A program made the translations under genes and the position numbers. Source: Paracoccaceae bacterium (GTDB lineage: Bacteria; Pseudomonadota; Alphaproteobacteria; Rhodobacterales; Rhodobacteraceae). Taken from it: 64,000 nucleotides of DNA. Positions 9,024 through 16,965 of the stretch are shown here, piece after piece (positions within the stretch are counted from its first letter, which is position 1; each line of letters starts with the position of its first letter). The notes beneath the pieces are model-generated. The model saw only the letters and a list, made by a program, of their open reading frames with translations, was not told where the DNA came from and searched no databases. The DNA lies in assembly GCA_024742405.1 (NCBI GenBank), contig JANSYP010000008.1, positions 39,106 to 103,105 of the forward strand, written 5' to 3'.

Positions 9024-10700
9024 ATGGAGCTAGATGTCGTCGAGCTGTCGCGCCTGCAATTCGCGATGACAGCCATGTACCACTTCCTCTTCGTGCTGCT
9101 GACGCTGGGCCTGTCGGTCATCGTCGCGATCATGGAGACCGTCTATGTCATGACGGGCCGCCCGATCTGGCGGCAGATGACGAAATTCTGGGGCACGCTC
9201 TTCGGGATCAATTTCGTTCTTGGCGTCGCCACCGGCATCACCATGGAATTCCAGTTCGGCATGAACTGGAGCTACTACAGCCACTATGTCGGCGACATCT
9301 TCGGGGCGCCGCTCGCCATAGAAGGGCTGATGGCGTTCTTCCTCGAAGCGACCTTCGTCGGGCTCTTCTTCTTCGGCTGGGACAAGCTGACGAAGGTGCA
9401 GCATCTCACCGTCGCATGGCTCGTAGCACTCGGTTCGAACTTCTCGGCGCTCTGGATCCTGATCGCGAACGGATGGATGCAGAACCCCGTGGGGTCCGAG
9501 TTCAATCTCGATACGATGCGCATGGAAATGACGTCCTTCGCCGAGGTGCTCTTCAACGAGGTGGCCCAGGCGAAATTCGTGCATACTGTGTCGGCGGGCT
9601 ACGTGACCGCTGCGGTCTTCGTCCTCGGTGTCTCGGCCTGGTATCTGCTGATGGGCCGCCACATCGCGCTGGCGAAGCGCTCCATCACCATCGCGGCCTC
9701 CTTCGGACTGGCTGCGGCCCTCTCCGTCGTCGTGCTCGGCGACGAGTCGGGCTACTCCGCCAGCCACACCCAGAAGATGAAACTCGCCGCGATCGAGGCG
9801 ATGTGGGAGACCCACGACGCGCCCGCGCCCTTCACCATTGTCGGGTTTCCCGATCAGGCGGCGCGCGAGACCCACTATGCCGTGGAGATCCCCTGGGCCA
9901 TGGGTCTGATCGGCACGCGGTCCCTGACCGAAGAGATCCCGGGCATCGACGCCCTCGTGGCCGAGGCCGGTGACAGAATCCGTCGCGGTCTGATCGCTTA
10001 CGACGCGCTGATGGTCATCCAGGCAGAGCGCGAGACTGCGCCGGACGACGCCCGGCGGGTCTTCGAACAGACCAAGGACGATCTGGGCTATGCCTATCTG
10101 CTGAAACGCTATGTCGATGACCCGCGCGACGCGAACGATGCGCAGATCGCACAGGCGGCCTGGGACACCGTGCCCACCGTCTGGCCGCTTTTCTGGGCCT
10201 TCCGGATCATGGTGGGGCTCGGCTTCGCGTACATCGGCATGATGCTCTTTTTCTTCTGGCGGTCATCTTTCCGGGAACAGACCTATCCGCGCTGGGCGCT
10301 CTGGGGCGCAGTCTTTGCCATCCCGGCCCCCTGGATCGCGGCGGAACTGGGCTGGTTCGTCTCCGAATTCGGCCGTCGGCCCTGGACCGTGGATGGCGTC
10401 CTGCCGACGGCACTCTCGGCCAGCCACCTCAGCGTTCAGGACCTGCTGATCACGCTGGCGGGCTTCATGATCTTCTACACCATCCTCTTCATCGTCGAGA
10501 TGGGGCTGATGCTGAAATACATCCGCAAGGGCCCGTTCCAGGATGTCGAGGAAACCGACGCCTGGGAGGCGCGGCACGCGCATCGTCTGCGAACCCATGA
10601 CGGCCAGGGGCCCTTCGCTCCGGCCGGTGCGCGCGCGGCCTCGGCCGTTGGCGGCGCGCTCCCCGGCTCCAGCGCAACCCCGGTGGAGTACCTGACATGA
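9024..10700 (+). CDS. cydA: Cytochrome bd ubiquinol oxidase subunit I
   Basis: ORF track, 558 aa. N-terminus MELDVVELSRLQFAMTAMYHFLFV is the canonical CydA start. Multi-TM protein with a Q-loop-sized hydrophilic insert. Confidence 0.97.
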   Translation: MELDVVELSRLQFAMTAMYHFLFVLLTLGLSVIVAIMETVYVMTGRPIWRQMTKFWGTLFGINFVLGVATGITMEFQFGMNWSYYSHYVGDIFGAPLAIEGLMAFFLEATFVGLFFFGWDKLTKVQHLTVAWLVALGSNFSALWILIANGWMQNPVGSEFNLDTMRMEMTSFAEVLFNEVAQAKFVHTVSAGYVTAAVFVLGVSAWYLLMGRHIALAKRSITIAASFGLAAALSVVVLGDESGYSASHTQKMKLAAIEAMWETHDAPAPFTIVGFPDQAARETHYAVEIPWAMGLIGTRSLTEEIPGIDALVAEAGDRIRRGLIAYDALMVIQAERETAPDDARRVFEQTKDDLGYAYLLKRYVDDPRDANDAQIAQAAWDTVPTVWPLFWAFRIMVGLGFAYIGMMLFFFWRSSFREQTYPRWALWGAVFAIPAPWIAAELGWFVSEFGRRPWTVDGVLPTALSASHLSVQDLLITLAGFMIFYTILFIVEMGLMLKYIRKGPFQDVEETDAWEARHAHRLRTHDGQGPFAPAGARAASAVGGALPGSSATPVEYLT

Positions 10701-11860
10701 TCCTCCACGATCTCATCGAATTTGAAACCTTGCGCGTGATCTGGTCGGCGCTGCTCGGGCTCCTGCTGATCGGCTTCGGGCTGACCGACGGCTTCGATAT
10801 GGACGTGGGCGCGCTCCTGCCCTTCGTCGCCCGGACAGAACTGGAACGGCGCGTGGTGATCAACACGGTCGGGCCGGTCTGGGAGGGCAACCAGGTCTGG
10901 TTCATCCTGGGCGGCGGCGCGATCTTTGCTGCCTGGCCGCCGCTCTACGCGGTCAGCTTTTCGGGTTTCTACCTGGCGATGTTCGTCATTCTCGCCGCGT
11001 TCATCGTCCGGCCCGTGGCCTTCAAGTACCGCTCAAAGCGGGACAGCGCCAGCTGGCGGAGCGGCTGGGACTGGGCGCTGTGCGCCAGCGGGGCGATCCC
11101 CGCGCTCTTCTTCGGGGTCGCGGTGGGCAATGTCCTGTTTGGCGTGCCCTTTCACCTCAACGACATGCTGATGCCGCGCTATGATGGCTCCGTCCTGACC
11201 AAGTTCGCGGGGCTCTTGCGCCCCTTCGCACTGCTTGCCGGCGTCGTGTCCCTGGCGATGCTGCTGACGCACGGCGCGGCATGGCTCAGCCTGAAGGCCG
11301 AAGGTCCCGTCGCCCGCCGCGCGCGGCGGATCGGCAGCGGGGCCGGGCTGGTCGCCATGGCAGGCTACGCCCTGGCCGGATTCTGGCTCGCCACCGGCAT
11401 CCCCGGCTTCGCGCTGGTGGGGGAGGTTGTCACCGACGGCCCGTCCAACCCGCTCTATTCGCAGGTGTCGCAGGGCGGCTCCTGGCTCTCCGCCTACGCG
11501 GCGCGCCCCTGGATCGCGGTTGCGCCCCTCATGGGCTTCGTCGGCATGGCGCTGGCCATTCGCGGGCTGCGGGCCGGGCGCGAGCATTCGACGCTGCTCT
11601 GGTCGAAGCTCGGGATCACCGGTGTGATCTCGTCGGTGGGGCTTACGATGTTCCCCTTCATCCTGCCCTCGACCGTCGACCCGAACGCCTCGCCGACGGT
11701 GTGGGACGCCTCCTCCTCGCACCAGACGCTTTTCATCATGCTGGTCTGCACGGCGATCTTACTGCCGCTGATCCTCGCCTACACCGCGTGGGTCTACCGG
11801 GTGCTCTGGGGCAAGGTCACCGCAGCCAACGTCACCGCCAATGCCGACAGCCTCTACTGA
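10697..11860 (+). CDS. cydB: Cytochrome bd ubiquinol oxidase subunit II
   Basis: ORF track, 387 aa. ATGA overlap with cydA. Polytopic membrane protein with a CydB-like sequence (VWEGNQVWFILGGGAIFAAWP). Confidence 0.97.
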   Translation: MILHDLIEFETLRVIWSALLGLLLIGFGLTDGFDMDVGALLPFVARTELERRVVINTVGPVWEGNQVWFILGGGAIFAAWPPLYAVSFSGFYLAMFVILAAFIVRPVAFKYRSKRDSASWRSGWDWALCASGAIPALFFGVAVGNVLFGVPFHLNDMLMPRYDGSVLTKFAGLLRPFALLAGVVSLAMLLTHGAAWLSLKAEGPVARRARRIGSGAGLVAMAGYALAGFWLATGIPGFALVGEVVTDGPSNPLYSQVSQGGSWLSAYAARPWIAVAPLMGFVGMALAIRGLRAGREHSTLLWSKLGITGVISSVGLTMFPFILPSTVDPNASPTVWDASSSHQTLFIMLVCTAILLPLILAYTAWVYRVLWGKVTAANVTANADSLY

Positions 11861-11875
11861 GAAAGGAGGATCGCA

Positions 11876-12031
11876 ATGTGGTACTTCGCCTGGCTGCTCG
11901 GACTGCCCCTGGCCGCGGTCTTTGCCGTGATGAACGCCGTGTGGCTGGAGCTTCAGCGCGACCGCAGGCTGGCCGACGAGGATGGGCCGCACGCGGTGCA
12001 GCTGCCGCCAAAGCGGGTGGCCGCCGAGTAG
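11876..12031 (+). CDS. cydX: Cytochrome bd oxidase small subunit CydX (51 aa)
   Basis: Below the ORF-track size cut-off. AGGAGGA RBS 6 nt upstream. Translation MWYFAWLLGLPLAAVFAVMNAVWLELQRDRRLADEDGPHAVQLPPKRVAAE carries the MWYFxW single-TM signature of CydX. Starts 15 nt after cydB. Confidence 0.8.
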   Translation: MWYFAWLLGLPLAAVFAVMNAVWLELQRDRRLADEDGPHAVQLPPKRVAAE

Positions 12032-12078
12032 CCGAAAACCCGCCGCTGCAACGAAAACCAAAGAAGGGAGCAAGACCA

Positions 12079-13380
12079 ATGGAAAGACGTCAGTTCCTGT
12101 CCCTAGCACTGGGAGGAGGGGCGGCGACGCTCGCCGCCGCGGGGCGCCCGGCAGAGGCCGCCCCGGTTCGGACATCGGCGCGCATCGTCATCATCGGCGC
12201 CGGAGCCGCCGGAACGGCGCTCGCCAACCGATTGACCCGCCGCCTCGACGGGGCCCAGATCACGATCATCGACCCTCGGCAGCAGCATCTTTACCAGCCG
12301 GGGCTGTCGCTCGTCGCCGCCGGGCTGAAACCTTCGAGCTACGTCGTCTCGGACACGGCCCAGTGGCTGCCCTCCGGCGTGACCTGGCTGCCGGAACGGG
12401 TCGCGGCCGTGGATGCCGAGGCCAAGACGGTCGCGACCGAAGGCGGTCAGATGCTGCCTTACGACTGGCTGGTCGTCGCATCCGGCCTCTTGCTGGATCA
12501 TGATGCAATCGAGGGTTTCAGCCTCGACATGGTCGGCGAGAACGGGCTCGGCGCGCTCTATGCCGGACCGGAGCATGCCGCCCGGACATGGGCCGCGGCC
12601 TCGAAATTCATCGAAGAAGGCGGTACCGCGCTCTTCACCCGGCCCGCGACCGAGATGAAATGCGCCGGCGCGCCGCTCAAGCACGCCTTTCTGATCGACG
12701 ACATCGCGCGCCGCGCCGGCAGCGCAAGCAAGACCAACATGGTCTATCTCGCGCCGCAGGGTGTGCTCTTCAGCGTGCCGATCGTCGCCGAAAAGGTCCG
12801 GATGCTCATTGGGGAGCGCGGCATCGACACGCAGTTCAACCAGACGCTGAAATCCATCGATGCCGGCGCCCGGCGCGCGACCTTCACGTCCGAGACCGGC
12901 GGCGAGACCGAGATGGACTATGACTATCTCCAGGTCATCCCACCGCAGCGCGCGCCCGATTTCGTGCGCCAGTCCGGCCTCAGCTGGGCGGACCGGTGGG
13001 TGGATCAGGGCTGGATAGAGGTCGACCCCGCAACCCTGCGACACCGCCGCTACCCGGAGATCTTCGCCGTGGGCGACATCGCCGGCGTGCCCAAGGGCAA
13101 GACCGCCGCCAGCGTGAAATGGCAGGTGCCGGTGGTCGAGGATCATCTGGTCGGCGCCATCGAGGGCCGCGAGGGGTCCCAGACCTACAACGGCTACACC
13201 TCCTGTCCGCTCATCACCCGGGTCGGGCGCGCGATGCTGGTGGAGTTCGACTACCAGAACAACCTCACGCCCTCCTTTCCCGGGATCATCGCGCCGCTGG
13301 AAGAGCTCTGGATCAGCTGGCTGATGAAGGAGGTGGCGCTGAAAGCCACCTACAACGCAATGCTCCGTGGCCGGGCGTAG
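12079..13380 (+). CDS. sqr: Sulfide:quinone oxidoreductase (type II-like) with twin-arginine signal peptide
   Basis: In-frame ATG at 12079 inside track ORF 11281..13380, with a GGGAG RBS. MERRQFLSLALGGGAATLAAAGRPAEA is a Tat-type leader. GAGAAG FAD fold; motifs HLYQPG, KCAGAPLK and YNGYTSCPL match the two redox cysteines of type II SQR. Confidence 0.88.
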   Translation: MERRQFLSLALGGGAATLAAAGRPAEAAPVRTSARIVIIGAGAAGTALANRLTRRLDGAQITIIDPRQQHLYQPGLSLVAAGLKPSSYVVSDTAQWLPSGVTWLPERVAAVDAEAKTVATEGGQMLPYDWLVVASGLLLDHDAIEGFSLDMVGENGLGALYAGPEHAARTWAAASKFIEEGGTALFTRPATEMKCAGAPLKHAFLIDDIARRAGSASKTNMVYLAPQGVLFSVPIVAEKVRMLIGERGIDTQFNQTLKSIDAGARRATFTSETGGETEMDYDYLQVIPPQRAPDFVRQSGLSWADRWVDQGWIEVDPATLRHRRYPEIFAVGDIAGVPKGKTAASVKWQVPVVEDHLVGAIEGREGSQTYNGYTSCPLITRVGRAMLVEFDYQNNLTPSFPGIIAPLEELWISWLMKEVALKATYNAMLRGRA

Positions 13381-13390
13381 GGAGGGACCG

Positions 13391-13759
13391 ATGAAAGACC
13401 TGACATTCTCTACGCTGGTCGCGGTGTTCGAAGAGGTTTTCGGACGCGGGCTCTTCTGGATGATGGTCGCGGCTGCGGCACTCATCACGCTTGGATATCT
13501 CTACGTCCTGCTGCGCGACCGTGCGGTGAGCTGGAAGAAATTCCTGCTCGCCCAGCTGTCGATGCCGGTCGGGGCGGTTCTCGCGGTCTGGTTCGTCATG
13601 GTGATGACCGAGTCCCACCTGTCCGACCTCGGCGGTCCGGTCGACATCATCGTTTTTCTGGCCGTCGCCGCGGTGGGCGCCGTGGGCATGGCGATCCTCG
13701 TCTACACGCTTGAGTCGCTCCTGGGCTCGACGCGCACCAAGCGTGCGCCGGAGGGATGA
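13391..13759 (+). CDS. Small membrane protein (about 3 TM), unknown function
   Basis: ATG at 13391 after GGAGGGA, 10 nt downstream of sqr. Hydrophobic segments LFWMMVAAAALITLGYLYVLL, VGAVLAVWFVMVM, IIVFLAVAAVGAVGMAILVY. Confidence 0.5.
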   Translation: MKDLTFSTLVAVFEEVFGRGLFWMMVAAAALITLGYLYVLLRDRAVSWKKFLLAQLSMPVGAVLAVWFVMVMTESHLSDLGGPVDIIVFLAVAAVGAVGMAILVYTLESLLGSTRTKRAPEG

Positions 13760-13787
13760 GCATGGTCCGACAGGCAAGGAGCCGGTC

Positions 13788-14762
13788 ATGAGCAGCCTTG
13801 AGCACGCAGCGGCGCCCGAGGCCGCACCCGCCCGGCTGGAGCACTTTCCGATCACCTTCTTCGGGGTCACGATGGGGCTTTTCGGGCTGGCCCTGGCGCT
13901 CCGCGCCGGAGGGGTCGCGGCGACGTCGCTGCTCGTGACGGCGGGTACCGCGTTGCTGCTGATCGCGCTGGCGGGCCTCTATGCCCTCAAGATCCTGCGG
14001 CATCCCGATCAGGTCGCTGCGGAATGGCAGCACCCTGTCCGGCTCTCCTTCTTTCCGGCCGCGAACATCTCGGTCCTGCTCCTGTCGCTTCTGCTGCAGG
14101 ACAGCCTGCCGGGCGTCTCGGCCGTGCTCTGGGGGCTGGGTGCCGTCATTCAGGCGATCCTGACGATCGTCATCGTATCGGCCTGGATTTCCCATCGCGC
14201 CTTTGTGCCCGGGATGCTGTCGCCGGCCTGGTTCATCCCCGCGGTCGCCAATGTGATCGTGCCCCTCGGCGGGGCGCATCTGGCGCTCTTCGAGATCAGC
14301 TGGTACTTCTTTTCGGTCGGGCTCCTGTTCTGGGCGATCCTCCTGACGCTGGTCTTCAATCGCCTGATCTTTCACGATCCGCTGCCGGGCAAACTGCGCC
14401 CGACCATGGTGATCCTGATCGCCCCGCCCTCGGTCGCGTTCCTGGCCTGGACCGAGCTGAATGGCGGCAGCCTCGATGCGGCTGGCCTGTTTCTCTTCAA
14501 TACCGGGCTTTTCTTCGCGGCGCTTGTCGCGGTGCAGGTGCCCGCGCTGCTGCGTCTGCCCTTCGCGATGTCCTTCTGGGCGCTGTCCTTCCCGCTGGCC
14601 GCACTGACGACAGCGGTCTTCCGCTACGGCGCGCTCAGCGGAAATCACCTCTCCCAATTGGCGGGTTTCGGCCTTCTCGGCCTGCTCGCCGTCACCATCG
14701 CCGCGCTGTCGGTCCGCACCATCCGTGCGGCGATGGCTGGCGAAATCTGCAAACCGGAATAA
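13788..14762 (+). CDS. TehA/SLAC1 (TDT) family anion channel/transporter
   Basis: ATG at 13788 after AAGGAG. LEHFPITFFGVTMGLFGLALALR resembles the TehA N-terminal motif. About 10 TM helices. Confidence 0.75.
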   Translation: MSSLEHAAAPEAAPARLEHFPITFFGVTMGLFGLALALRAGGVAATSLLVTAGTALLLIALAGLYALKILRHPDQVAAEWQHPVRLSFFPAANISVLLLSLLLQDSLPGVSAVLWGLGAVIQAILTIVIVSAWISHRAFVPGMLSPAWFIPAVANVIVPLGGAHLALFEISWYFFSVGLLFWAILLTLVFNRLIFHDPLPGKLRPTMVILIAPPSVAFLAWTELNGGSLDAAGLFLFNTGLFFAALVAVQVPALLRLPFAMSFWALSFPLAALTTAVFRYGALSGNHLSQLAGFGLLGLLAVTIAALSVRTIRAAMAGEICKPE

Positions 14763-14786
14763 ACCCCAAACCACAGGAGATCCTTC

Positions 14787-15221
14787 ATGAAAAAACTCAT
14801 CCTTTCCGCCCTTCTGGCGGCCACGACCGCGGCGTCAGCCTTTGCCGAGGACGCGTCCAAACTCGTGACCGTCGTGACATCGGCCGAGCCGCAGACCCAG
14901 CTGATGGCCATGGTGCTGACCATGCAGGCCGCGCAGCAGGGCGCCGCCGCGCACATCCTGCTCTGCGGACCGGCCGGCGACATCGCGCTCCGGGACGCGC
15001 CTGCCACGGCAACCACGGGCCAGCCGCCCCGCGATATGAGCCCCCAGGGACTGATGCAGATGATCCGCGAGAAAACCGGCGCGACCGTCGAGGTGTGCGC
15101 GATCTACCTGCCCGGGCGCGGTGACGATGCTTCGGTCCTCCTGGACGGGATCAGTGTCGCCAAGCCGGACGAAATGGCCGGACGGCTGATCGCGCCGAAC
15201 ACCCGCGTTCTGTCCTTCTGA
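14787..15221 (+). CDS. DsrE/DsrF-like sulfur-relay family protein with Sec signal peptide
   Basis: ORF track, 144 aa. MKKLILSALLAATTAASAFA-ED is a leader peptide. The mature part, KLVTVVTSAEPQTQLMAMVLTMQAAQQGA..ILLCGPAGD...VEVCAIYL, is DsrE-fold-like. Confidence 0.6.
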   Translation: MKKLILSALLAATTAASAFAEDASKLVTVVTSAEPQTQLMAMVLTMQAAQQGAAAHILLCGPAGDIALRDAPATATTGQPPRDMSPQGLMQMIREKTGATVEVCAIYLPGRGDDASVLLDGISVAKPDEMAGRLIAPNTRVLSF

Positions 15222-15238
15222 GGCGCCACGCGCCTCGA

Positions 15239-15282
15239 TCACCTGCCGCTCTGCGAAACGCGCGCGTCAGGGCGGCAGGTGA
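15239..15282 (+). repeat. Inverted repeat TCACCTGCCGC-N22-GCGGCAGGTGA between the dsrE-like and rhodanese genes
   Basis: 11-bp perfect arms read directly. No T-tract follows, so it is not a classical terminator. Confidence 0.5.
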
Positions 15283-15341
15283 CATCGGCGGGCGCCAGAC
15301 GGCCCGCGCGCGCCCGTTCCACCCCGACTTGGAGAACTCTC

Positions 15342-15929
15342 ATGCGCATTCTCACCCGCATCGCAGCAATCTTGGCGCTGGCTCTGGCAGCCGCTGCCGC
15401 TATCGCCGCGCCGGAACCGGATGACCCCGGAAAACGGACCTCCTGGGGCCTCTATCTGACCTCGAAAGAAGCCTACGACTTGAAGCAGGCGCAAGGTGAC
15501 GACGCGCTCTTTGTCGATGTCCGTGAACCGGTCGAGATCATGTTCACCGGCTTCACTGACGTCGTGGACATCAACGTCCCCTTCATGCTGGTCGACCCGT
15601 CGGCTTGGCACCCGGATAAACCTGTCCTGAAGATGGAGAAGAACCCGGACTTCGCCGCCGGCATCCTTTCAGCGCTCGACGCACGTGGCCTCGACCGTAC
15701 CGCGCCGGTGATCCTGATGTGCCGCTCGGGCGGCACGCGCGGCGCGCCCTCCGCCAACGCGCTCGAGGGGCACGGGCTGGAGCAGGTCTATGTCGTGGTC
15801 GACGGGTTCGAAGGATCGGCGCGCAAGGACACGCCCGACGCCCCGTGGCGCCTCGTCAACGGCTGGAAAAATGCGGGCCTGCCCTGGAGCTATGATCTGA
15901 ACCCCGCGAAAATCCATCTGAGGGACTAG
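15342..15929 (+). CDS. Rhodanese-domain sulfurtransferase with signal peptide
   Basis: In-frame ATG at 15342 after GGAGAA. MRILTRIAAILALALAAAAAIA-AP is a leader peptide. The active-site loop CRSGGTRG is typical of rhodanese. Confidence 0.8.
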   Translation: MRILTRIAAILALALAAAAAIAAPEPDDPGKRTSWGLYLTSKEAYDLKQAQGDDALFVDVREPVEIMFTGFTDVVDINVPFMLVDPSAWHPDKPVLKMEKNPDFAAGILSALDARGLDRTAPVILMCRSGGTRGAPSANALEGHGLEQVYVVVDGFEGSARKDTPDAPWRLVNGWKNAGLPWSYDLNPAKIHLRD

Positions 15930-15946
15930 GCAGCGCGCGGCGGCGG

Positions 15947-16864
15947 TCACATCGCCGGGGCACTCGCGGCCAGGTCCGACCGCGCCGCCGTCAGGCAGGC
16001 TCCGATCTCTGCGAAGAGCTGCGCATGGGGCGAGCTCTGCCGCCATGCCAGGGCGATCTGGCGCGGGCGCGCGCCTTCGAGCGCGCCGAGATGCAGCGCA
16101 TGACCCCTTGAGATGCCCGCATCGATGGCGAGCTTCGGCAGCAGCGTGATGCCGATCTCCTCCTCGACCATCGCCACGAGGGTCGAGAGGCTCGTCGCGG
16201 CAAAGCTCGGATCTTCGTCCAATGTGATGTCCGGAAAACTCGACAGCGCATGGCGCTGCAGACAGTGGCCTCGCTCCAGAAGCAGCAGCTTCCTGTCGAC
16301 CAGATCCTCCGACCGGATCGTGCTGCGGTTGCCTAGCGGATGGTCCGTCGGCGTCGCGAGCCAATAACCGTCGCTGAACAGGATCTCCGTTTCGATCTGC
16401 GCCGGCAGCGGGTGCGGCAGCGCCATCAGGATCAGGTCGAGCCGGCCCTCCATCAGCCCCTCGACCAGCGGATCGGTCAGTTCCTCGCGCAGATAGAGCT
16501 TTGTATCAGGCAGCGCCGCGCGCAAACGCGGCATCGCCCGCGGCATCAAAAACGGCCCCACCGTCGGGATCGTGCCGAGGCGCAGGGCGGTTGCCTGCGC
16601 GGCGTTTTCGCGCTGGGCCCGCTCCTCGAGATCCTGAACCCCGGCCAGGATCCCGCGCGCCCGCTCGGCAAGATCGCGGCCGACGGGCGTCATCAGCACG
16701 CGGTGCTTGGTCCGCTCGGCCACCTGAACGCCCAGCCGACTCTCCAGCTCCTTCAATCCGGTCGAAAGTGTGGATTGTGTGACGTGGCACAACTCCGACG
16801 CGCGCGAGAAGCTTAGGGTCTTGTCCAACGCGACAAGGAATCGGAGCTGGCGGAGGCTGGTCAT
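15947..16864 (-). CDS. oxyR: LysR-family regulator, OxyR-like, lacking the second redox cysteine
   Basis: ORF track, 305 aa. HTH FSRASELCHVTQSTLSTGLKELE. LLLLERGHCLQRHALSSFPDITLDEDPSFAATSLSTL aligns with E. coli OxyR LLMLEDGHCLRDQAMGFCFEAGADEDTHFRATSLETL. Divergent from a peroxiredoxin gene. Confidence 0.8.
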   Translation of the reverse strand: MTSLRQLRFLVALDKTLSFSRASELCHVTQSTLSTGLKELESRLGVQVAERTKHRVLMTPVGRDLAERARGILAGVQDLEERAQRENAAQATALRLGTIPTVGPFLMPRAMPRLRAALPDTKLYLREELTDPLVEGLMEGRLDLILMALPHPLPAQIETEILFSDGYWLATPTDHPLGNRSTIRSEDLVDRKLLLLERGHCLQRHALSSFPDITLDEDPSFAATSLSTLVAMVEEEIGITLLPKLAIDAGISRGHALHLGALEGARPRQIALAWRQSSPHAQLFAEIGACLTAARSDLAASAPAM

Positions 16865-16965
16865 TGCTTATCGATTTAGTGAATAGCCAGAAGCTTCACA
16901 ATCAATTTCCAAGATTGCCGAGCGCGCCATATCTGACCAGCATCGCAAAATAGAGGAGCAAGGAC

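Noticed and set aside
11281-12078. N-terminal 266 codons of track ORF 11281..13380
   Set aside because: They overlap cydB and cydX in another frame. The Tat leader, RBS and SQR homology begin at 12079.
12103-14774. Minus-strand ORFs 12103..13488 (461 aa) and 13647..14774 (375 aa)
   Set aside because: Shadow ORFs opposite the SQR and TehA-like genes, with Arg/Pro/Gly/Asp-rich translations.
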